A DNA stretch of 64,000 nt from an uncultured Acidobacteriota bacterium. GTDB lineage: Bacteria; Acidobacteriota; Vicinamibacteria; Vicinamibacterales; Fen-181. The translations under genes and the position numbers were made by a program. Each line of letters starts with the position of its first letter. Within the stretch, counting starts at the first letter, position 1. Shown in pieces: positions 48,974 through 59,064 of this stretch. The notes beneath the pieces are model-generated. The model searched no databases. It was not told where the DNA came from and was given only the letters and a program-made list of their open reading frames with translations. The DNA lies in the NCBI GenBank assembly GCA_963813585.1, contig CAWEZL010000001.1:118056-182055 (forward strand), read 5' to 3'.

Positions 48974-50992
48974 TCAGCGCTCGATCTTTTTGCCGGCTCG
49001 CGTGCCGATCGCGAGGAAGCCGCAGCGTGCGAGAAGATCTCCGAATCGCGGATCAGTGCGATACCGATCCCACTTGACGTCGACCGTGAGGAACATCATG
49101 TGCACGTCGCGCGCGGCGTAGGCGCGATTCAGCCATTCGAAGGCCGCGTCCGCATCGCCCAGCCCGGCATGCACGAGGGCGAGCGCATACGGCGGAACGT
49201 ACCGCTGGCGGGATGCCGTCTCCAGCGCCGCGAGCAGATCACGCGCTTCGGCCGTTCGCCCGGAGCGCCCGAGGATGTATCCGGTCAGCGATATCGGCTT
49301 GCTGTTCTGGCCTGAGAGTCGGGCGGCGGTCGACAGGGCTTTCAAGGCGAGATCGTGATCGCCCAGCTCCTCGAGCGCCTGCCCGCGCATCTGATGTCCT
49401 ATCCAGAACTCCTGGTCCAGGGCGATGGCGCGGTTGGCGTGCTGCAAGGCTCCAGCGTAGTCGCGGGCCTGGAATGAGACCTGCGACGACAATGCGTACG
49501 ACAGCGGATTCAGCGGGTCCAACTCGCGGCCGCGGCGCATGAATGGTTCCGCCTCGGCGTGACGACCTGTCTGCGAGAGCAAGTGCGCAAGTATCAGGTG
49601 AACCAGCGAATAGCTGCGGTCGAGCGCTATGGCCCGCCTGAAAGCGGCTTCAGCAGCTGGCCAGTCCCACTCGAACGCCCAGTTCACGTGCCCGAGGGCG
49701 TGCTGCGCCTCCGCAACGTCGGGGTTGGCGGCCACGGCTCGAGCGGCCGCCTCGCGAGCGGCCGGGGAGGCAAGCCGGGGGTCGACGTCGCTATTGATCG
49801 GCGTCGTGCCGGATGCCATCGCAAGGTTTGCCCACGCGAGTGAATAGGCGGGATCGGCAACGGTCGCCCGCTGAAAAGAGTCGATTGCGCGCTGCATCGC
49901 CTCGGGCGTGCGCTGGTTCAAGGAATGGCGCCCGCGCAGAAAGAAGTCGTATGCGTCGGCGTTCTGCGTGTGCCGCCGCGCGAGCACGCGCTGGCGTTCG
50001 GGAGAAAGACGCGTCCGGACGTGCTCGGCGATGGCAGAGCTGATCTCCTGCTGCAGGCTGAGGATGCTGCCGGTGTTCCTGTCGAAGGAGTCGGACCAGA
50101 TTTGCACCTGGTCGCGCACGCGAATCAGCCTGGCGGTGATCCGTAGATGGCTGCTCTCCGCGCGAAGTGAGCTCTCCACGAGATAGTCGGTCCCGAGTTC
50201 CCGGCCGATCTCCGCCAGCGACTTCGTGGTGCCCCTGTAGGCGATCATCGAGGTCCGGCCGATGACCGACACCCGTTCAGGATCAACCCGGCCCAGCGAG
50301 ACGATCGTGTCTTCGGTCAGACCACTGGCGAGATAGTCGGTCTCCGAGGTACCAGTGAGGTTGTCGAACGGCAGCACCGCGATCGTCACGGGTGCGCCTG
50401 ATTCAGCCGGCCGCTTCCAGGCCCAGAGGAACGCCCCCGCCAGCGCCGCCAGCGTGAGGGCGGCCAGGACAAGGCGCGCGCTCGCGCGCCGCCCGGCTGC
50501 ACGGCCGCCGACTACCGGCTCCGGAACAGGGAACGACGCCCCGGCTGCGGCGGCCTCAGCCTTGGCAGTCGACGTTTGTTCTCCACCGACGACATCCGGC
50601 AGCACCTCGACGGTGGCAATGAAGCGATACCCCTTCCCCGGCACCGTCTCGATGAACGTCGGGGCGTCCGGTGAATCGCGCAGCGCCTGCCGGAGCTTGC
50701 GGATCGCGGTGTTGACACCGTTCTCCACGTCGACGAACACATCCTTGCCCCAAAGCCCGTCCACGATCTGACTCCGCGAGACGAGCTGACCTCGTTGCCC
50801 CACGAGCAGAATCAGAAGATCCATGGGCTGCCGCTCGAGTCGGACGCGACGTCCGTTGCGGCGCAACTCATACGCCGGGACGTCCAGCACGAAGTCGCCA
50901 AAGCGAAACGTTCCGCTGTATGTCACAACTCTAATGGCTGCCGCCGGTTGCAGAAACAGATCATCGACAGTTCCTCTCCAGCCCCGCTCCAT
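48974..50992 (-). CDS. transmembrane transcriptional regulator: OmpR/CadC-type winged-helix DNA-binding domain + TM + periplasmic TPR repeats
   Basis: trans_reg_C: FGDFVLDVPAYELRRNGRRVRLERQPMDLLILLV...TVPGKGYRF. TM LVLAALTLAALAGAFLWAW. Multiple TPR-like repeats. Confidence 0.8.
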   Translation of the reverse strand: MERGWRGTVDDLFLQPAAAIRVVTYSGTFRFGDFVLDVPAYELRRNGRRVRLERQPMDLLILLVGQRGQLVSRSQIVDGLWGKDVFVDVENGVNTAIRKLRQALRDSPDAPTFIETVPGKGYRFIATVEVLPDVVGGEQTSTAKAEAAAAGASFPVPEPVVGGRAAGRRASARLVLAALTLAALAGAFLWAWKRPAESGAPVTIAVLPFDNLTGTSETDYLASGLTEDTIVSLGRVDPERVSVIGRTSMIAYRGTTKSLAEIGRELGTDYLVESSLRAESSHLRITARLIRVRDQVQIWSDSFDRNTGSILSLQQEISSAIAEHVRTRLSPERQRVLARRHTQNADAYDFFLRGRHSLNQRTPEAMQRAIDSFQRATVADPAYSLAWANLAMASGTTPINSDVDPRLASPAAREAAARAVAANPDVAEAQHALGHVNWAFEWDWPAAEAAFRRAIALDRSYSLVHLILAHLLSQTGRHAEAEPFMRRGRELDPLNPLSYALSSQVSFQARDYAGALQHANRAIALDQEFWIGHQMRGQALEELGDHDLALKALSTAARLSGQNSKPISLTGYILGRSGRTAEARDLLAALETASRQRYVPPYALALVHAGLGDADAAFEWLNRAYAARDVHMMFLTVDVKWDRYRTDPRFGDLLARCGFLAIGTRAGKKIER

Positions 50993-51074
50993 GGTCACGG
51001 TGCGCCGTGACCGGGCAGGATTGCGTTTCAGTGCAATCCGTGCGGCGGTAACCGGTGACAAAGGAGAGTGTGCC

Positions 51075-51602
51075 ATGACGTGGACAGTTTCGACAGCACG
51101 TTACGTGGGTCGTAGCGCGGTAATGCTGAGTAGCCTGGCATTGGTTCTGTCGGCGGCCAGTGCCGCCAGCGCTCAGCAGAGCGCCGGCCAGGCCCGGACG
51201 GTGGAAGGTGTCTGGTACGTGCAGGTCACAATCCGCGACTGTGCCACGGGCGTCGCCTTGGCACCGGCGGTCAATTCGCTCGTCACCTTCGCGGCGGGCG
51301 GCACGCTCCGGGAGAGTGTTGGCGGAGGCGGCTTTGCGCCCGGCCAGCGGAGTGACGGCCACGGGACGTGGACGCACAAGGGAGGGCGTACCTACGATCA
51401 GCGTTTTGTCTCCATGATCAACTTCGCGATCGCCCCCGGCCCGGGACCGGGCTTCGAGGCGGGGTGGATGAAGGTGCAGCACACGGTTGAGGTGATCGAC
51501 GCCGATCATGTCGAGTCGGTCGGCACCAACAGCTTCTATCGCCTGAACGGCGAGGTGTACAGAACCGGCTGCTCGACGGCGACCGGCACGCGCTTCGAGT
51601 AG
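51075..51602 (+). CDS. hypothetical secreted protein
   Basis: AAGGAGAG RBS. Signal peptide (…SSLALVLSAASAASAQQ). 175 aa. Divergent from the CadC-like regulator. Confidence 0.6.
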   Translation: MTWTVSTARYVGRSAVMLSSLALVLSAASAASAQQSAGQARTVEGVWYVQVTIRDCATGVALAPAVNSLVTFAAGGTLRESVGGGGFAPGQRSDGHGTWTHKGGRTYDQRFVSMINFAIAPGPGPGFEAGWMKVQHTVEVIDADHVESVGTNSFYRLNGEVYRTGCSTATGTRFE

Positions 51603-51777
51603 CCCCCCTCGAAACGGAGCTTCAAGGGCGGAGGGCTGACGGACGCAGGCGGATACGCCTGGCTGCAGCCCTCTGCCCTCGGGGGCGTACGGCAACCTGT
51701 TGCGGGAAGAGTAGGAATTTGAGTGTGTCTGCGATAATCTGATCCGACAAACCGCTCGCAAACGGTTGGTTCTACAC

Positions 51778-51867
51778 GGAGAGATGGCCGAGTGGTTGAA
51801 GGCGCACGCTTGGAAAGCGTGTGTAGGGGAAACTCTACCGAGGGTTCGAATCCCTCTCTCTCCGCCA
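51778..51867 (+). tRNA. tRNA-Ser (anticodon GGA)
   Basis: GGAGAGA acceptor stem. Anticodon arm CACGC-TTGGAAA-GCGTG. Long variable arm. T-arm GAGGGTTCGAATCCCTC. 3' GCCA encoded. Confidence 0.9.
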
Positions 51868-51868
51868 C

Positions 51869-52808
51869 CTAAGTCATTCTACCGATTGGGCTTCGCGATC
51901 TCGGTGGAGCCCGTCTCCAAAATGTCTCCACGCTCGCGGCGCCGATCCAGCAGCCGCACCGCTGTTCCAGCGCCGCCGGGCTCAGGTGCATGTACCGCTG
52001 CGTGGTCGTCAGGTCCTGGTGTCCGGCCAGTTCCTGAATCGCCCGCGCCGGCGCGCCCCGCATCGCAAGGTGCGAGCAGAACGTGTGACGCAGGATGTGC
52101 ACGCCGTTGTTGAAGAGGCCCGCTCGCCTGGCGGCTCGACGCACGCAGACCTTGAACCTGGCCTTCGCGTGAGCGGCGTCCCGTCGTCCTGGCAGAGGAC
52201 AAGCGGGCCCCGCAGGTGACGGTGGTCGCGAAGCGCCGCCAGCGAGCCTGGCGGTCAGCGGCACGTAGCGAAGGCGGCCGCCCTTCGGAGCGGCGACCTG
52301 CCCCTTCCACTCGGAACGCTGCACGCACACCTGCCGCTTCACGAGGTCGACGTCGGTCCACTCCAGCGCCATCATCTCTCCGAGCCTCAGTCCGGCTTCG
52401 CCGCCGACATCAGCACGAGGAGGTATGCCCGGGGATCCGTTTCCTTGGCCGCCTCGACGAGCCGCTCGTACTCGTCGAAGTCGTAGAACCGCGTCGAGCG
52501 TTTGGCACCGGCAGCAGCTTGATCGTGCACGGCATCCGCTCGATCACGTCCCACTCCACCGCCTTCTTCAGCAGCACGTTCAGCACCGTCAGGACGTTGT
52601 TGACGGTCTTCGGCGCCTTCTCGAGCAGGCGGTGCTTCAGCCGCTGCACCTCTTCGTTGACGATCGCATCCAGTCGCCTCGCACCCAGCGCTGGCGCGAG
52701 GTGCACGCGGACGATCATCTCCTTCGCCGCGATGCCGCTCGGCTTCTGCCGGTTGGCCCGCGCGTGGCCGTCGAGGAACCGCGGCGCGAACGCTACGAGC
52801 GTGGGCAC
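51869..52808 (-). pseudogene. tyrosine-type site-specific integrase, two frameshifts
   Basis: N-term SAM-like domain (AVEWDVIERMP), middle (RFYDFDEYERLVEAAKETDPRAYLLVLMSAA) and catalytic C-term (TGLRLGEMMALEWTDVDL...HILRHTFCSHLAMRGAPARAIQELAGHQDLTTTQRYMHL) lie in three different frames. Confidence 0.75.
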
Positions 52809-53026
52809 CTCCTTCCGTGGGTTCTGCGGCGCGGCTCACAGTCGCTCGAGGAGGTGCGCTCGCGGTCTTCAGCCCACCTGAGGGCCGCGGTTCTCGACGA
52901 CACCGGCGCCTTGCAGCGCTCTCAGTCGCCGCGCGCCGTCGGGCGAGCCGGATGCGGATGTCCACCTCCCAGCCGCCCACGCGATACGGTCGGACTTGTG
53001 ACGCTCATCGCCATCTACTCCTCTGG

Positions 53027-53282
53027 CGATGACGCGCGCTTCTGGTCCAGCCAGTGTAGCAGGTCGTCGGCGCGGAACAGGACGCGCCGGCGGATCCGGA
53101 TGACGCCCGGCAGCTTGCCGGCGCTCGATCATCGCGTAGATCGCGCGCCGGCTCGTGCGCAGCAGGTCGGCAGCTTCGTCCACAGTCAGAAGGACCGGCA
53201 GCGATCCTCCCGTTTCCCGTTGATCGTGGAGCTCCGGTGCCGAGCGGTTCGCGCGTCGGAAGACGGTCGCCATGCCGTTCAC
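53027..53282 (-). CDS. AlpA/excisionase-family HTH DNA-binding protein, one +1 frameshift
   Basis: LLTVDEAADLLRTSRRAIYAMIER | GKLPGVIRIRRRVLFRADDLLHWLDQ split across two frames by an extra C. Confidence 0.55.
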
Positions 53283-53518
53283 GACGTCACCTCCCGCCGG
53301 GCCAGAACGGAACCGACCTCCCTGCCGTCAGGCCTCTCCCGGACATCCACGGCATGACGCTCCAGCCAGGCGTCGATCCACTCGGCTCTCAGGCGGATTG
53401 CTCGCCGGCCACCCATCCGCGCTTGCCGGATCTCCCGGCGCTCGCAGGCGGTGTAGATCGTGTCGCGGCTCACGCCGGCGTATTCCGCGGCTTCCGCCAC
53501 GTTCAACCAGGTCTTCAT
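53279..53518 (-). CDS. AlpA/excisionase-family HTH DNA-binding protein
   Basis: MKTWLNVAEAAEYAGVSRDTIYTACERREIRQARMGGRRAIRLRAEWIDAWLE. Intact. ATGA-coupled to the downstream Xis-like gene. Confidence 0.75.
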   Translation of the reverse strand: MKTWLNVAEAAEYAGVSRDTIYTACERREIRQARMGGRRAIRLRAEWIDAWLERHAVDVRERPDGREVGSVLARREVTS

Positions 53519-54419
53519 GACAACCTCCCGGACATCTGTCCACGTCTGCCGATCGGCGCGGGTTGAATGGTGATCAGGGCGCGCTCCGGTGCGCTGACTG
53601 GAGCCAGCGCACCGTCGGGGTGGTGGCGCGGACGGTGGCGGTTGCCAGCATCAAGAGCCGCGAGGCGAGTGCCGGGCGGTTGTCGCACAAGCGACGTGCG
53701 ACGGCGAACGAAAAGTCCGGCACGACGAACGCGGTACCGCAGCGGGTACGTGCGTTGTACGTGCGGTGCTCCGAGTGCGGAAACGCCCTGAGGCGTTCGC
53801 GCAAACGGGCGCGGTTCTCGACTCGAGCGGGCGCAGAGAGCGCGAGCTCGAAAGCGAGAACGAAGTTAACTTAAGGAGCGGTCGAAACGCGGCCCTGGGA
53901 CGGCGTTTGATTCCAGGAGCTTCGGAAGCCGTTGGCGCTACCGAAGGAGGTGCCGAAGCGGCACTGGCGAGATGAGTCCAATCTAGCGCCACGAGCGGGC
54001 GTCGTCAAGACCGATTCTCCGTGGTTCTCCACGGAAGCGTGCAACGAACTGCCGGCCATCACGCAACTGCCTTCGTCACCGCCGGCCGGAGGGGCCGTCA
54101 AGGCCCCGAAGGGCCGCCGCGCGGGCGAAGCGCCTTGACGGCGCCGAGGACGGCGCGATGATCGAGCGCGCGATGGCCGTGCAGCGCGGCTGGTGACACG
54201 CGACATGCAGCGTGATTCGAGTCGCGGGTCTCGGCACCATCGCGCACGCGTACGTCGTGGTCGCGAACCCCGCATTCGACGCCGCTGCTCACCGCGTCAT
54301 GCCGCCCCTTGGGCGACGTCGACAATAAGAGAGGCGCGCTTGGCGTGAGCGACCATGGGGCGGGCGCGGGACGAGGACGCCTGCGCCCGACCGGGTCGCT
54401 CACGCCATGCTCTCTTGCC

Positions 54420-54935
54420 CTCTGACCGCCTGCACCGGCAGGAGGGGCGGCCAAGAACGCCGCCCCATGGGACCGCCAGCGTCGCTCCGAGCTGGAGAAC
54501 CGCTCGCCGTGTAAAGGCTCCCGAGCGTGACCTTGGCTCACCAGGGGAGGCGCACTCTGCGCTTGGCGTTCGAGATGGACGTTCGCGGTGAGGGGGACAA
54601 CCTCGCTTCTCGGAGGTTGTCCCGTCGGTTGTCCCCTGGTGCTGTGGGCTACGCCACGCCAACCAGGCGGGAGAGATGGAGGTACTGCCGGGAGAGAACG
54701 ACGCACTCGAGGCGACCGCGCCCGCGGCTGACGGCCTCGGCCGTGACGCTGGACTGGGCCCGCCACACCACGATGTCGCCCTCGGCCAGCCAGGCTCGGT
54801 AGAGCGCACTGAACCGTGGCGCCGAGAAGGCCTTGACGGCTTCCCGCAAGCGCCGGTCGGGTCGCTCGGCAGGGTTCGAGGGGCTCTGGCCTTGCCGCTT
54901 CCGCTCTCCGAAGAACCACAGGATCTCGTCACCAA
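54420..54935. repeat. ~515-bp direct repeat, copy A (degraded), inside the island
   Basis: Roughly 85-90% identical to 55978-56490. Includes the hairpin GGGACAACCTCgcttctcgGAGGTTGTCCC and a truncated copy of the 3' 200 nt of gene 56211..57264 (ORF 54649..54849). Confidence 0.7.
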
Positions 54936-55193
54936 CCGGCCGAAGTGCCCTCGTGAGAGCCAGGCGGCCTTTCGCCTCAGCGTACGCTGCGCCGGCCTGG
55001 GGGTACCCCTAGCGCCTGGTGGGGCCGCTCGTGTTGAGGAACACGGAAGTACCTGCCCCGGGGCCCGCCCGTCGGCTGGGAACGGACGCTCGTCGTCCGG
55101 GTTGACCTCCTCGTACTTCACCGACCGCCACAGCCGTTCGATCAGCACGTTGTCGAGGGCGTGGACCTGCGGAGTCGTTGAGGTCGTCGCTCG

Positions 55194-55544
55194 CTACTGG
55201 AGGGCAATCAGCTCTTCGCTCGTAAAGGTCCACTCCCAGTTACGCGTCGGGCCGACGTAAACGAGGGTGACGTTAGAGCCCGGAACAAAGGCTTCTACCG
55301 GGAACCAGAACCGTCCGGTCACGATTTCCCTCTTGGTTGCTTCATCGAGGACTTGGGGAGTGAGTTCTGTCTTCGCAGCTTCTATTACCTTCCCATCGCG
55401 TTTCAGAAATAGGCTCTTGATGCTGTCCGCCTTCTCGAAGTAGCTGTTTGGGCCTACGCGAATCACCACAAACTGCGAAGCAGACGGGTCGAACGTCTCG
55501 GGCTTGAAGGGACGCTTCCGAAGCGCCGCGTCCCTGACTCTCAT
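55194..55544 (-). CDS. hypothetical protein (lower-GC cargo gene)
   Basis: ORF MRVRDAALRKRPFKPETFDPSASQFVVIRVGPNSYFEKADSIK... in a locally AT-richer segment. Overlaps the upstream ORF stop by 4 nt. Confidence 0.45.
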   Translation of the reverse strand: MRVRDAALRKRPFKPETFDPSASQFVVIRVGPNSYFEKADSIKSLFLKRDGKVIEAAKTELTPQVLDEATKREIVTGRFWFPVEAFVPGSNVTLVYVGPTRNWEWTFTSEELIALQ

Positions 55545-56101
55545 TCCAGGTCGCAATACGGAGAGAGCAGGAGCGTGCGGTAGGGCCATTCGTCCTGGAA
55601 GAAACGAAACAGGTTGGCCCAAGTCGCCGCGGCAGTGTCCACGCGGGCGGCGAGGAGAGGAAGGAGAGTCGTTGCTTCGTTAGCCTTGTCAGAGCCTGCA
55701 AGAGGCGTCGCAGGGAAGAACTCCGCGTAGTGTCTTGCAGCGGCCTCCTCGTCGTAGGTCATGATCGATGCGCGCATGGGTTCGTCGAAACGGCAGATTG
55801 CTTCCTTCCCGGAAATGGCACGCCTGTAGCCGGCTTCGTCCATGGGCTGAATGCCCTGCCCGGCTGCGGGGATGGCTGCGGCTAGTAGCAGTGCGACAAG
55901 CCGGGCAGTAACCTTCGCCCTCCGCGCACCCTGCGGCCCCCTTCGGGGCTGGGTTGCCCGGCCACCCAGAACCGGGAGCCGCTCTGACCGCTTGCACCGG
56001 CAGGAGGGGCAACCAGGAACGCAGTTCCGAGAAACGTCGGCCGTCGCTCCGACCCGGAGAACCGCTCGCCGTGTAAAGGCTTTCGAGCGGGACGTTGGCA
56101 C
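55541..56101 (-). CDS. hypothetical secreted protein (start uncertain)
   Basis: Hydrophobic signal-like segment VTARLVALLLAAAIPAAGQG, then ...EAICRFDEPMRASIMTYDEEAAARHYAEFF... No family recognised. Confidence 0.4.
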   Translation of the reverse strand: MPTSRSKAFTRRAVLRVGATADVSRNCVPGCPSCRCKRSERLPVLGGRATQPRRGPQGARRAKVTARLVALLLAAAIPAAGQGIQPMDEAGYRRAISGKEAICRFDEPMRASIMTYDEEAAARHYAEFFPATPLAGSDKANEATTLLPLLAARVDTAAATWANLFRFFQDEWPYRTLLLSPYCDLE

Positions 56102-56490
56102 GACGAGGGGAGGTGCACACTGCGCTTACGTTCGGAATGGACGTCAGCGGTGAGGGGGACAACCTCGCTTCTCGGAGGTTGTCCCGTCGGTTGTCCCCTG
56201 CTCCTGCAGCCTACGCCACGCCAACCAGGCGGGAGAGATGGAGGTACTGACGGGAGAGAACGACGCACTCGAGGCGACCGCGACCGAGGCTGACGGCATC
56301 AGCGGTGACGCTCGACTGGGCCCGCCACACCACGATGTCACCCTCGACCATCCAGGCTCGGTAGAGGGCGCTGAACCGTGGTGCCGAGAAGGCCTTGACG
56401 GCTTCTCGCAAGCGCCGGTCGGGCCGCTCGGCAGGGTTCGAGGGGGGCTCGCCTTGCCGCTTCCGCTCTCGGAAGAACCACAGCAGCTCG
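55978..56490. repeat. ~515-bp direct repeat, copy B (intact version containing the 3' end and terminator-like hairpin of gene 56211..57264)
   Basis: See copy A. The hairpin lies at ~56150-56180. Confidence 0.7.
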
Positions 56491-57264
56491 TCACCCACCG
56501 ACATGTCCAGCCGGGTGACGAGGTGGTCCTGCGCGGCGTACTGGTAGGCGAGCGTGGCTTTCGAGAGCGAGCGGGGAAATAGCAGCCGGATGGTCCATTC
56601 CCTGACCGCTCGGAGCAGCTCGGCGTGGCGAAGCAGGAAGGCACGGAAGTCGACTGGCGAGAGCTTGGTCACCAGGTAGAGGAAGACGTGCGGGGAGCCG
56701 CACGCGGTCGCGCCGATGGGCAGCTTGTCCGGGAAGTAACGGGTCACCTTGCCGGCGCCCTCTCCGAAATACAGGTGTGGATACTCATCCTGCCGCAGGC
56801 GCGACGCCTCGTCAGTTTCGTCTGCAAAGAACCGCATCTTGTCGATCGCCGGACCGAGCCACACCAACTTGGGATCGGCCAGGACCGCGTCGAGGATCAT
56901 CACCCGCTCGATCAGCCGACCCAGGGGGGCCGGCTTGCGGAAGCGGCTATCGGGTTCGCCTATCGCGCCCCACAGAGGCTTGTAGTGGACATGGAAGAGC
57001 CGGCCACGGTGCAGGGCACCCGTGGTGATGGGCGTGGCGTACCGCCGACTGACGAGCTTGGTCAGGAAGTCCGCGCTCTTCTGTCCATGCGCGATGCCGG
57101 CGAACCGGCAGAACTGCCGCTCGACGAAGACACCTGAGTACCAGGAGGACCTGCACGAGGAAGCGCGCCTGGCGGTCCGTGAACCCGAATCTCGCCAGCG
57201 CGACTGCCCGCTCCGCGTTCGCGCGTTCGATGCTCCAGAACTCCGGCGTTGGGGGCGGAATCAT
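56211..57264 (-). CDS. hypothetical ~340 aa protein, one +1 frameshift (~57140), translationally coupled to the upstream wHTH protein gene
   Basis: MIPPPTPEFWSIERANAERAVALARFGFTDRQARFLVQVLLV | SGVFVERQFCRFAGIAHGQKSADFLTKLVSRRYATPITTGALHRGRLFHVHYKPLWGAIGEP...MILDAVLADPKLVWLGPAIDKMRFFADETDE... ATGA overlap with the stop of 57261..58211. No confident family. Confidence 0.5.
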
Positions 57265-58211
57265 AGCAACTCCTCAGCCAGTCGCGGCCCTGAGGTGCCG
57301 CCGCCTCGTCGCCTGCCTCCTCGGCCTGACAGGCCACCTCCACCTCGATAACAGGTGAAGCCGGACCGGATGGAGACAGCCGCGTGAGCCCCGCGGTAGT
57401 GCTCGGTCGTGACCTCGACGTCCTCGTGCGCGCGGCAACGATCACGGTCCTCGTACTCGATGCGGACATCCGGAAAGTGCACGTGGCCATCGAAGTAGGG
57501 GAGGTCGTGCTCGCGCGCCCAGGCCCGGATCTCACGAACGTCGTAATCAGGGCGGCCGTCGCTGTCTCTTCGGCCACGGTTGCGCCGCTGGCGGAAACGC
57601 TGATACTCCCGTTTGAGCTCGTCGTCGAGGGCGACGCGGCGGACGCACCCTCCCTGGCTACGGAGACGCGCTGCGGCCTTCAGGTAAGCCCGGTAGACCT
57701 GACTGTCGTGGGAAAGCTCGCGCGGCTTCCTGAGGCCTGCGTAGAACTCCTGACGGGCTTCTCTCCGGTGCTCGTGATCCTTCTCGAGACGGTTGGCTTC
57801 AAGGAGGTCTCGGCCGCGGCCCGTCAGGAAGACGACGCCTTCGCCGGGACGGCGCAGGGTGGAATGTGTAAGGCCCTGACCTTCAAGGTGCGCGAGGCTC
57901 TTCCGCGCGTCGTCGGTGCGGTTCCGCCCGCTCTCGAGATCGCCCTCTGACACCACTCGGAAGGCACCGACCGTCGCGAGTAGCCGGCTGTCGGTGCCAT
58001 TCAATTCGTAGGTCCGATCCCGCTCCGGATCTCGAACGAGCCCCCGCTCGGCGCCGCGGGGCAGGTCGAGTTCCCGAACGAAGACATCACGAGGATCATC
58101 GGGGCGGTCGTGGTCCCGGTCGTCCCGACCGCCACGGCCACCGAGGTCGCGAGTCCAAGGGTCACCGCGTTCGCGCTGGTCGTCGTCTCTGGGATCGTAC
58201 AGTCCCCACAC
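57261..58211 (-). CDS. hypothetical protein with predicted winged-helix domain, Arg/Asp-rich N-terminus
   Basis: ...YELNGTDSRLLATVGAFRVVSEGDLE...ARKSLAHLEGQGLTHSTLRRPGEGVVFLTGRGRDLL... Assignment by pattern only. Confidence 0.45.
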   Translation of the reverse strand: MWGLYDPRDDDQRERGDPWTRDLGGRGGRDDRDHDRPDDPRDVFVRELDLPRGAERGLVRDPERDRTYELNGTDSRLLATVGAFRVVSEGDLESGRNRTDDARKSLAHLEGQGLTHSTLRRPGEGVVFLTGRGRDLLEANRLEKDHEHRREARQEFYAGLRKPRELSHDSQVYRAYLKAAARLRSQGGCVRRVALDDELKREYQRFRQRRNRGRRDSDGRPDYDVREIRAWAREHDLPYFDGHVHFPDVRIEYEDRDRCRAHEDVEVTTEHYRGAHAAVSIRSGFTCYRGGGGLSGRGGRRRGGGTSGPRLAEELL

Positions 58212-58671
58212 AGTCCGCTCCGATCGCCAGTATCTTCGGCGGGGTCCGGCGACGCAATGAACCGTGGGTTGGTGTGGGGTCGGAACGGAAGGACTCAGGA
58301 CTTGTGGATCGCTAGGCCCTTTGCTCTCCTCGCAACGGCGATTCCGGACAAAACGTGGCGGCTAACGTGAACGTTACACCCTGTTTGTATTCGTTCCCAC
58401 CGTCCTCGTGAGATGCGTCACAAGGAGCGCCGCTCGAAACCGCCAACCCTGTACCTCGAGATGGCGGCCGGGGCATCGTGCGCCGCACCGACCACAAGAG
58501 CTGTACGCACATGCCCGCTCCAAGGTGCGGGGCCGCAGGAGAGGAAAGTCGTGAAGCACCGGACGGCATATCGGAGACCGCACTACGTGCGAACGCGAGG
58601 TCCGCCGGGAGCGGCGCGCGTTCCCGAGGCCTGCTCAGTACGGGACGCTACCGCAAGTGCGCGTGCCGCCG

Positions 58672-59064
58672 CTACGATGCTCCATCCCGCAGGTAGGTGA
58701 AGTCGCCGTCCAGGCGGCTCCGGACGTTGCGATTAGATGTCGAGCGCCGCGTCGGACCTTCCTTGAAGCGCGAGAACTCCTCCCAGTCGCAGCCGTGCCC
58801 CGTCCGGCTCGGTGATCGCTCGACGGCAGCCCTATAGGCGCGCTCGGCCACCTCGGGACTTGGCTGGATGACGTATTCCAGCGTCCATCCTTCCGATTGC
58901 TGCGACAACCTCTCGACCTTTGTGCATGACGCCGAACGCCAGCTGCATCTCGGGATCGCGTCCTTGTTCCCCGTCCTGTAGGACTCCAGGATGGTCCTGT
59001 AATCCGGGGCGACGGGGCGTTCGGGGATCGCCATCACCCCTGCAAGAACGCTCGACTCCAGCAT
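58672..59064 (-). CDS. hypothetical protein (130 aa)
   Basis: ORF MLESSVLAGVMAIPERPVAPDYRTILESYRTGNKDAIPRCSW... No family recognised. Confidence 0.35.
   Translation of the reverse strand: MLESSVLAGVMAIPERPVAPDYRTILESYRTGNKDAIPRCSWRSASCTKVERLSQQSEGWTLEYVIQPSPEVAERAYRAAVERSPSRTGHGCDWEEFSRFKEGPTRRSTSNRNVRSRLDGDFTYLRDGAS

Noticed and set aside
56625-57137. 170-aa plus-strand ORF and 57384..57950 + ORF in the island
   Set aside because: Antisense to the better-supported minus-strand island genes. No RBS or family support.
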